Shown one piece after another: positions 1 to 6,752 of a stretch of 34,573 nucleotides of DNA. Origin of the DNA: Minisyncoccia bacterium. Its GTDB lineage: Bacteria > Patescibacteriota > Minisyncoccia > Phycocordibacterales > Phycocordibacteraceae. Under the pieces are notes generated by a model. The model was not told the DNA's origin, searched no databases, and saw only the letters and a program-made list of their open reading frames with translations. Numbering within the stretch: position 1 is the first letter of the stretch; the number at the start of each line of letters is the position of its first letter. The translations under genes and the position numbers were made by a program. Location of the stretch: NCBI GenBank assembly GCA_038212075.1, contig JBBQUV010000006.1:1-34573 (forward strand). The letters are read 5' to 3'.

Positions 1-31
1 CACAATTACTGGTTTTTTCACCCATTCGCTT

Positions 32-193
32 GGCAGGTGCGCGCCAAAGAGAGACCAGAGTTTAGTCTTTGGCGCGCACCTACCTACGCTCATTCTCTGC
101 GTACCGAAATGTTCCGGTGCAGATGCATTGGATTTTGAGCACTAAACTTTGGTCTCTGATCAAAATCAATGCATCAAGCCGGTTTCGTTTTTT
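32..193. ncRNA. Putative structured RNA/DNA element: two long hairpins with mutually complementary loops
   Basis: Stem 35-50/66-81 is a perfect 16 bp. Stem 122-138/160-175 has one bulge and is extended by CGAAA..CCGG/CCGG.TTTCG. Loop 51-65 is complementary to 142-156 at 14/15. A T-tract follows at 188-193 on +. Confidence 0.55.
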
Positions 194-1346
194 ACCGAAT
201 CAAAGCGTCAAACTGTTTTACGGTCGCTTCTTCAAGGGTTTTGTGGAGGGCGCTCACTTCGTCGTTTGTAAGTGTGCGGTCAATGGAGCGGTAGGTAATG
301 CGGTACGCGTAGCTTACGTTTCCGGCACCAAGTTTCGCTTCGTTTTCATACTTATCGAGAAGTTCCACTTGTTCAGCGAGATCACCAAGCACATCGCGTA
401 CCAAATCAAAGTAATTGTTCGGTACAAAGTCATTTTTTACGACAAACGAAATATCGCGTACCACCGGTGGGTACTTGCTCACTTCTTTAAATACGTTTCC
501 AAGCACGAGCTGTTTTTTAATGCGCTCGTCTTTGCTCCACAGCAAGCGAATGTCAGGGAGTGCCATTGAAATAATGGCGAGGCGTTCAATACCAAACCCG
601 AAGGCCCAGCCGTGATAGCCCTCCACACCCATTTTGGTGAATACTGATTTCTTTGGCATGCCGCTTCCCAGTACTTCAAGCCATTCGCCACGTGCAGGCC
701 CTTCGGCGGCCGTGCCTTTTACGTTCACCTCTACTTCAAATGAGGGGTCGGTATAGGGGAAGGTGTCAGTGTTTACACGGAACTGCATTTGGGGGCCGAA
801 GACGGTATGCACGATTTCACCGAGTACGTTTTTCAAATCTTCCGGTTCAACCGGTTCGGAATCAGGAGCGATATACCACCCACCGAGCTGGTGAAAGATA
901 TTCATGTGGCGGCTGTCTATTTCGTCTTTACGGTAGACCTTGCCAAAGCAGAGCGCGCCCATGCTTTCGCCTTTAGCAATGCGTTCTTTGATAGTTGGAT
1001 GGTTTAAGTAGTAGTACCAAAAGACCGTGTCGTGCGTACGCAGAATATTAGTATCGTCTATGTAGTAGGTATCGCTTTTGGAGCGCGCTGGGTGGTCGGC
1101 AGGGAAGTCAAAGAGATCAAACGAAATGTCTGCCGGCACAATTTCCGGGATTTCAATAATATCGAAATTGGCAAGGCGGGGCACGTTCTTCACTCGTTCG
1201 GTTATTTCATACAAAGGGCTCCCTTGGGTACGGGAAAGGTCGGGCATGGCAAGGTATCGCTTTATGCGCTCGGCTTCAGCGTCGGTGCGGCCGTCAAGGC
1301 TCTGTCGCAGGCGCACTTCTTCGTCTTTTGAAATCTTGATGTCCAT
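192..1346 (-). CDS. pheS: Monomeric organellar-type phenylalanyl-tRNA synthetase (alpha catalytic domain + C-terminal ferredoxin-fold anticodon-binding domain)
   Basis: Motifs HPARSKSDTYY, LRTH, YRKDEIDSRH, FPYTDPS, WLEVLG, GWAFGFGIERLA, DIRLLW, then an FDX-ACB-like tail (KYPPVVRDISF...YRITYRSIDRTLT). Start moved to ATG 1346 because the upstream ORF extension crosses a terminator. Confidence 0.92.
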   Translation of the reverse strand: MDIKISKDEEVRLRQSLDGRTDAEAERIKRYLAMPDLSRTQGSPLYEITERVKNVPRLANFDIIEIPEIVPADISFDLFDFPADHPARSKSDTYYIDDTNILRTHDTVFWYYYLNHPTIKERIAKGESMGALCFGKVYRKDEIDSRHMNIFHQLGGWYIAPDSEPVEPEDLKNVLGEIVHTVFGPQMQFRVNTDTFPYTDPSFEVEVNVKGTAAEGPARGEWLEVLGSGMPKKSVFTKMGVEGYHGWAFGFGIERLAIISMALPDIRLLWSKDERIKKQLVLGNVFKEVSKYPPVVRDISFVVKNDFVPNNYFDLVRDVLGDLAEQVELLDKYENEAKLGAGNVSYAYRITYRSIDRTLTNDEVSALHKTLEEATVKQFDALIR

Positions 1347-1364
1347 TGCGCCTAAATATAGCAG

Positions 1365-1422
1365 AAAATAAAACGAAAGGGCCACCACTGCTGAGGTGGG
1401 GCCCTTTGGCACAATCTGTGCC
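1365..1422 (-). terminator. Intrinsic terminator (two hairpins + U-tract) of the 74-aa orphan
   Basis: GGCACA/TGTGCC (1408-1422) and AAAGGGCC..GGCCCTTT (1376-1407), followed by CGTTTTATTTT on the minus strand. Confidence 0.7.
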
Positions 1423-1431
1423 GATGCGCCG

Positions 1432-1656
1432 TTAGCGCATGTCGAGCGGCTCGATGTACGAGGTGTGAACGGGTGTTGAAATGTCACCGTCGTCGCCTTC
1501 GAACAGCACCTGCTTGTAAGCGACGCCGTCAGCGGTACCTTCGACCATGCCGACAGTGCCGGCCTTGATGGTGCCGCGGCCGTCAGGCAGCTTCACTGGA
1601 ATGTCCTTGGTCGCACGAACAATCGTCTCGGGGTTAAAAGAGCCTCTTCCTGACAT
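1432..1656 (-). CDS. Small hypothetical protein (74 aa), possibly an SH3/KOW-like beta barrel
   Basis: ATG preceded by AAGGGA, upstream TTGACA, own terminator, strongly biased codons (all four Lys = AAG). Pattern VRATKDI..IKAGTVGMV..QVLFE. Confidence 0.65.
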   Translation of the reverse strand: MSGRGSFNPETIVRATKDIPVKLPDGRGTIKAGTVGMVEGTADGVAYKQVLFEGDDGDISTPVHTSYIEPLDMR

Positions 1657-1807
1657 TGGGTAATCCCTTGGTTGTTTCCGTGACTTCACGAGTCACATAT
1701 ACTGTTTTACTCCGAAAGTATAATTTGTCAAATATACTGGATGATAAAACGGAGGTATTTTTGGCAGAAATTGCGATCATTTTGTGATACAATTATGGCA
1801 AGAAACC

Positions 1808-3874
1808 ATGGCGAAAGGCGAGGAAACAAAGGGTAAAAAAGCGTCCTATGACGCCTCTTCCATTACCGTTCTTGAAGGTCTTGAACCGGTGCGAAAGCGT
1901 CCGGGAATGTACATCGGCACCACGGGGCCCGATGGTCTTCACCACCTGATTTGGGAAATTTTTGATAACTCACGCGACGAAGCCATGGGCGGTTTTGCGA
2001 ATGATATTGAAGTGGCGCTTCTTCCGGGCGGGTATGTGCGCGTGGTAGACAACGGCCGTGGTATTCCGGTTGGCATCCACCCAAAGACAAAAATTTCGGC
2101 ACTTGAAATGGTGATGACCACGCTTCACGCCGGTGGTAAATTCGGCGGCGAAGATTCCGGATACAAAGTGTCGGGCGGACTCCACGGCGTGGGTGCATCG
2201 GTGGTGAACGCGCTTTCTACGAACGCCAAAGTGATTGTGCACAAAGACGGTGGGGTGCATATGCAGGAATACAAAATTGGTAAGCCGCTTGGAAAGGTGA
2301 AGCAGATTGGAAAGACAAAACTGAATGGCACCATCACGTACTTCTGTCCGGACACCACCATTTTCACAGCGGGTATTGAATGGAACTGGGACAAGATTGT
2401 GAACCACTTGCGCCAGCAGGCGTACTTGGTGAAGGGAACGCGCATCACGGTGATAGACGCCCGCGAAGAAACAGCCGCAGGCATGGATGACGATTCGTTC
2501 TATTTGCGCGAGCTTAATCTACAGGTGCCGTCGATGGCGTTCTACTTTGAAGGCGGCCTGCGCTCGCTTGTGGCATTTTACAATCAGCACCAAACACCGG
2601 TACACAAAAACATTTTCTACGTTGACCGCGAACAAGATGGCGTTGCGGTGGAGGTGGCGCTTCAGTATGTAGACGACATCACACCGCGTCTGTCTGCATT
2701 TGCAAACAACATCTACAATCCGGAACACGGTACCCACGTGACCGGATTTAAAACAGCACTTACGCGCACACTAAACGCATACGGACGTACCGCGAACATT
2801 TTAAAAGAAAGTGAAGAGAACTTTACCGGTGACGATGCGCTTGAAGGTATCACCGCTGTGGTGTCGGTGAAAATGCCGGAGATTCAGTTTGAAGGACAAA
2901 CAAAAGGAAAGCTTGGAAGTGTGGAAGCTCAGGGTGCTGTGGCAACGGTTTTTGGTACTGCGTTTGCCGCTTTCCTTGAAGAAAATCCAGACGACGCCCG
3001 CGCCATCATAAATAAAGTACTGCTTGCGCTTAAAGCGCGTAAGGCCGCAAAGGCCGCAAAAGACTCTGTGCTCCGTAAGGGCGCTCTAGAGGGCATGACG
3101 CTTCCCGGGAAGCTCGCCGACTGCCAAGTGAAGTCTCCGGAAGAAGCCGAGCTCTTCATTGTGGAGGGAGATTCAGCAGGTGGTTCGGCGAAGACGGGAC
3201 GTGACCGTCGCACGCAAGCTATTCTTCCGCTTCGTGGCAAAATTTTGAACATTGAGCGGGCGCGCCTTGACCGCATGCTTGCGAGCGAGCAGATTCGTAA
3301 TCTTGTGGTTGCGCTTGGCACCGCCATCGGCGACGTGTTCGATCTTTCAAAATTGCGCTATCACAAAATCATCATCGCGACCGACGCCGACGTGGACGGC
3401 GCGCACATCCGTACCCTTTTGCTCACTCTTTTGTATCGCCACTTCCGCGCCATCATTGACGGCGGGTTTATTTACATTGCTCAGCCACCACTCTTTAAGG
3501 TCGCTCAGGGAAAAGATGTGCGCTACGCGTATTCAGACCAAGAGCGCGATGCCGTGCTGAAAGAGATGGGTGTAAAAAGTGGGGAGATTGAAACGGTCGG
3601 AGAAGGTGGCGATGAGGGTGGGGAAGAAGTAGAAGAAGATGTGGCAACAAAATCAAAGAAAGCTCGCGTTCAGCGTTACAAAGGTCTTGGAGAAATGAAT
3701 CCGTCCGAGCTTTGGGAGACAACGATGGATCCGGCTCGTCGCGTGTTGAAACAGGTGACTATTGAAGACGGGCAAGAGGCAGATCGCATCTTTGATATTT
3801 TGATGGGTAGCGATGTTGCAAGCCGTAAGTCATTCATTCAGTCAAACGCGAAACTCGCGAATTTGGATATTTAA
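1808..3874 (+). CDS. gyrB: DNA gyrase subunit B
   Basis: LEGLEPVRKRPGMYIG, LHAGGKFGG, SGGLHGVG, EGDSAGGS, PLRGKILN, TDADVDGAHI, QRYKGLGEMN; extended -10 TGaTACAAT upstream. Confidence 0.97.
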   Translation: MAKGEETKGKKASYDASSITVLEGLEPVRKRPGMYIGTTGPDGLHHLIWEIFDNSRDEAMGGFANDIEVALLPGGYVRVVDNGRGIPVGIHPKTKISALEMVMTTLHAGGKFGGEDSGYKVSGGLHGVGASVVNALSTNAKVIVHKDGGVHMQEYKIGKPLGKVKQIGKTKLNGTITYFCPDTTIFTAGIEWNWDKIVNHLRQQAYLVKGTRITVIDAREETAAGMDDDSFYLRELNLQVPSMAFYFEGGLRSLVAFYNQHQTPVHKNIFYVDREQDGVAVEVALQYVDDITPRLSAFANNIYNPEHGTHVTGFKTALTRTLNAYGRTANILKESEENFTGDDALEGITAVVSVKMPEIQFEGQTKGKLGSVEAQGAVATVFGTAFAAFLEENPDDARAIINKVLLALKARKAAKAAKDSVLRKGALEGMTLPGKLADCQVKSPEEAELFIVEGDSAGGSAKTGRDRRTQAILPLRGKILNIERARLDRMLASEQIRNLVVALGTAIGDVFDLSKLRYHKIIIATDADVDGAHIRTLLLTLLYRHFRAIIDGGFIYIAQPPLFKVAQGKDVRYAYSDQERDAVLKEMGVKSGEIETVGEGGDEGGEEVEEDVATKSKKARVQRYKGLGEMNPSELWETTMDPARRVLKQVTIEDGQEADRIFDILMGSDVASRKSFIQSNAKLANLDI

Positions 3875-3878
3875 AGAG

Positions 3879-3924
3879 ACAAAAAGAAAAGCGCCGCCCG
3901 AAAGGGCGGCGCTTTTCTTTTTGT
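3879..3924. terminator. Bidirectional intrinsic terminator
   Basis: Perfect 21-bp inverted repeat ACAAAAAGAAAAGCGCCGCCC-GAAA-GGGCGGCGCTTTTCTTTTTGT between convergent genes. Confidence 0.92.
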
Positions 3925-3930
3925 AAAAGG

Positions 3931-4680
3931 TTAGTTCGTGACGCTGATGGTTGCGATAGCCTCGTTATCGTTTTCGTTTGATTCAATCACGTCGTGACCG
4001 GAGTCAACGAGAATGTCGATTTCTTGATTGTTTGCAACGCGTACGTCGCGAGCATCAAGGTGAAGGGTGAAGTCAACCCATGCTCCCGGAGGAAGACTTT
4101 CTTGCACGTTTGAGTCAAAGCCATATGTACCGTTTGACTGCGTAGGAAGCGTCATATGGATATTCCATGGACGGGTTACGTTTGTGCCGGCGTTTGTAAC
4201 GCGGTATTGCACCGCGAGCGTTTGTCCGGAGGCAATTGTCCTGCTTTGAACAAACTTACTGTTTGTATCAAGGTAGCCAACAGCGGTTACCGCAACCGTG
4301 AAGTTTGGCAGCCCGTAGAACGTGGTCGTTACAGGCACCTTAATTGGGTATGCGGTGGTGCTTGGAAGACCGGCGCTTGGCGTGGTGTGTACCGGTACGG
4401 TTGCCACTGGTGCTGGTGTGGTGGTCGTGGCTACAGTTGCAGGGGTGGTTGTAGCGGCGGGGAAGGGAAGGTTGGGAACAACCTGAAGGTTGCCATCACC
4501 TTTTCCGTCGGTTGAAAGATACACTGCACCCGCAAGGCGGGAGAGTGCTACGGGTACGTAGCGAGCCGCATAGATAGCGAGCACCATGCCGATAAAGACG
4601 AGTGCGACAAAGCCAACGATGGCTAGGCCGTTCACGGTGGATGTGCGTGGATTGGTGTCGGTAAATGTGGTCTGTTGCAT
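3931..4680 (-). CDS. Membrane-anchored surface protein with Thr/Pro-rich stalk and C-terminal CARDB-like Ig domain
   Basis: N-terminal TM (LAIVGFVALVFIGMVLAIYAA), T/P-rich linker, CARDB-type VTNAG...VDSGHDVIESNENDN. Confidence 0.75.
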   Translation of the reverse strand: MQQTTFTDTNPRTSTVNGLAIVGFVALVFIGMVLAIYAARYVPVALSRLAGAVYLSTDGKGDGNLQVVPNLPFPAATTTPATVATTTTPAPVATVPVHTTPSAGLPSTTAYPIKVPVTTTFYGLPNFTVAVTAVGYLDTNSKFVQSRTIASGQTLAVQYRVTNAGTNVTRPWNIHMTLPTQSNGTYGFDSNVQESLPPGAWVDFTLHLDARDVRVANNQEIDILVDSGHDVIESNENDNEAIATISVTN

Positions 4681-4687
4681 AGACTTA

Positions 4688-4776
4688 TATTTAACATATA
4701 GCTTATTTTTTGTCAACTACCCCCGCTCGCCGCGTTTTTGGGGGGACTTGACAAACTCTTCATAGTAGTGTATTTA
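4688..4776. promoter_or_regulatory. Divergent sigma70-type promoters for the CARDB gene (-) and sortase (+)
   Basis: TTGACA on each strand (4748-4753 on +; 4711-4716 on -), each followed after 17 nt by an AT-rich imperfect -10. Confidence 0.5.
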
Positions 4777-4789
4777 TATAGGGGACTAT

Positions 4790-5491
4790 ATGAATGGTAT
4801 TCACACAGCCGCGCGGCTCATTTGGGCCGTACAAGACGCTTGGAAAAAGCGTTGGTTGTTTCTTATAGCGTTCATATTCGTTTTTTTCATTTCGTTCTGT
4901 GCACTTCTTTCGTTCGACGTTGTGCCGAACACTACGTTCTCGTTTGCGTCTTCGACGCCGGCGCTTGCGGTTGATCGTTCGCCTCTTATTGGGGTGAGCA
5001 CATCCCCACTTTCGCCAAACGTCTTTGACGCGTTTGCGGTTGGTGAAAATCCCGTAAAGGTTGAGATTCCATCACTCAAACTTTCGGCACCGATTGCAAA
5101 CCCAACAACGACGAGTATTCAGGCGTTGAACAACTTGCTTCTTTCGGGAGCCGTTCGCTACCCGACGTCGGCAAAGCTTGGACAAAACGGCAACGTCATT
5201 CTCTTTGGTCACTCAGCAGAGTACTACCCGGTGGTAAACAACATCTGGTACAAAACGTTTGACCACATTGAGAAGCTGAAAGCAGGAGACACTATCATCG
5301 TCTACTCTTCTAGCCGTGCGTATACCTATTCGGTAGACACGGTGGAGAAAAAGGATGCGAGCGCAGACGTCATTCCGCTTTCGGTTGTTGGTGCAAAGCT
5401 TACGCTTTCCACTTGCGATACGTTTGGACAGAAATCGGATCGTTACGTGGTTACGGCGTCACTTGTTGAAAGCCATCTGCTTGGAGCGTAA
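4790..5491 (+). CDS. Sortase
   Basis: N-terminal TM; catalytic triad motifs GNVILFGHS, LTLSTC, downstream R (SDRYVV); typical VEIPSL and LKAGDTIIV segments. Confidence 0.9.
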   Translation: MNGIHTAARLIWAVQDAWKKRWLFLIAFIFVFFISFCALLSFDVVPNTTFSFASSTPALAVDRSPLIGVSTSPLSPNVFDAFAVGENPVKVEIPSLKLSAPIANPTTTSIQALNNLLLSGAVRYPTSAKLGQNGNVILFGHSAEYYPVVNNIWYKTFDHIEKLKAGDTIIVYSSSRAYTYSVDTVEKKDASADVIPLSVVGAKLTLSTCDTFGQKSDRYVVTASLVESHLLGA

Positions 5492-5581
5492 GCTCTCGGT
5501 GTATGGCTCTCTGCAAAGAGGAGGCAAAGTAGTTCGTTAACCAAAGCCGCCCATTGGGCGGCGCAAGAGGAGTGAAACGCG
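5466..5581 (+). promoter_or_regulatory. Promoter and structured 5' leader of the Cys-rich secreted protein gene
   Basis: TTGAAA-17 nt-TAAGCT (5466-5494); hairpins CTCT-GCAA-AGAG and GCCGCCC-ATT-GGGCGGC; SD AGAGGAG before ATG 5582. Confidence 0.5.
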
Positions 5582-6628
5582 ATGAAGAAACTGATCGCAC
5601 TGCTCGCCGCGCTGTCCATCATTTGGACGGCTGGCGTGCCAGCGATTGCTGCACCGCTCGGGAATCCGTTCTATGTGGGGGCAACGTCTCCACAGGAACT
5701 GGGTCGCATTATCAAGTGCGACCTTGATCCCTCGCGCGGCAACAACGTTGATGGAACGAAAATTATCAACGTGAAAGTCTGCGGCAAGGTGGGAGATCGG
5801 GCATTTGCTGCTCCGGTCGACTACCTTGGTATGTTCCAGATCGACGACCCAGATGCACATCTGACGTCGGTTGCCCAAATTCCGGACTATCTCGCGGGAC
5901 TGGCAGAAATGCCGGTACCCACGGGTAAGTACTGGTCGGCGTGCCTCAAACAATCCACTCGGACGGTGTCCGGATGGAAGGCATACCATCAGTGCATTGC
6001 TCGTTCCTTCCACAAGGGCGAGAAGGCCTGGGGAAACAAGGTCACCGGTCGCATCGTCCTTATGGGCGACTGCACCAATCCGGTGAGTGGACCCGAAAAG
6101 CCGGATGACTGCGTGTACATTTACGCGCACATTCCGGCACAGGTCTACAGGCGGAACATTGCCCGAACGGTCACTGGACTGCGTCTTAAGCAGTACGGCC
6201 CCACGGACATTTCGGCAGACGTGTGCACCGGTGTTAAACGCGCTGGTGAACCCGACTACGAGAGCCCGTTTGTGGAAGAGTGTCCGGATCGCGGATGCAA
6301 CTTCTGGGCGATGGACAACTACCTCGGCGAGCATGGCTGGAAGACGGGAAGTTACGAACCTGCCCCCGGCCTGCACATCTTCCGCCTTCCGAGAAAAATG
6401 GCCGACAGGCTACTCGGATACCGGATGGTGTTCTGTCTGGATCTTTCAGACGGGACGCAGACAGAGTACAGCTCCATCGTCACCGCTCGGTTCTATCTTT
6501 CTGCCGGTGGCAGAACGGTAGCAACCATCTATGTTGATGAAACGACTGCAAATGCGGTCGGAACAAAAACGCTGGATGGTACACCAACCGACCTGTGGTG
6601 GCATTGGGCTTCGGAGCCCACGCAGTAA
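5582..6628 (+). CDS. Secreted cysteine-rich hypothetical protein (348 aa)
   Basis: Sec signal peptide MKKLIALLAALSIIWTAGVPAIAA, 10 Cys, SD, own terminator, CTG/ATC/GGC-rich codons. Confidence 0.8.
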   Translation: MKKLIALLAALSIIWTAGVPAIAAPLGNPFYVGATSPQELGRIIKCDLDPSRGNNVDGTKIINVKVCGKVGDRAFAAPVDYLGMFQIDDPDAHLTSVAQIPDYLAGLAEMPVPTGKYWSACLKQSTRTVSGWKAYHQCIARSFHKGEKAWGNKVTGRIVLMGDCTNPVSGPEKPDDCVYIYAHIPAQVYRRNIARTVTGLRLKQYGPTDISADVCTGVKRAGEPDYESPFVEECPDRGCNFWAMDNYLGEHGWKTGSYEPAPGLHIFRLPRKMADRLLGYRMVFCLDLSDGTQTEYSSIVTARFYLSAGGRTVATIYVDETTANAVGTKTLDGTPTDLWWHWASEPTQ

Positions 6629-6633
6629 CTTCA

Positions 6634-6691
6634 GTGCGCGCGGCGGGGATGGTAGTGATACCAACCCCGCCACAGCACCTCCTCTTTTTTT
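6634..6691 (+). terminator. Long hairpin terminator with GUGA loop
   Basis: GTGC..GGCGGGG-a-TGGTA-GTGA-TACCA-a-CCCCGCC..GCAC then CTCCTCTTTTTTT. Confidence 0.7.
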
Positions 6692-6752
6692 GTACGCTGC
6701 GAAAGCGGCAGGGAATTATTTATTGAATCAATTATTACATCAACAAAAAGCT

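Noticed and set aside
1-21. Possible start of a minus-strand gene (GTG-KKPVIV, reminiscent of triosephosphate isomerase)
   Set aside because: Only seven codons are visible at the window edge; cannot be supported.
1808-3874. gyrB without adjacent gyrA, and its acidic insert
   Set aside because: Split gyrA/gyrB loci and low-complexity inserts at this position are common; not notable.
5523-5560. c-di-GMP-I riboswitch (GGCAAA...CAAAGCC) in the leader of the secreted protein
   Set aside because: Lacks the GAAA-capped P2, the GACGC segment and a recognisable P3/P1 closure.
5537-6376. Long antisense ORFs (5537-6376, 18199-19125, 25034-25813, 25902-26588, 29369-30325 and similar)
   Set aside because: They are shadows of well-supported genes on the opposite strand, with no motifs or expression signals.
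6531-6752. N-terminal extensions in the ORF track for the surface protein, pheS, nusB, gdhA, the desaturase and rpoB
   Set aside because: They run through terminators, leaders or neighbouring genes; downstream ATGs fit domain boundaries and promoters better.
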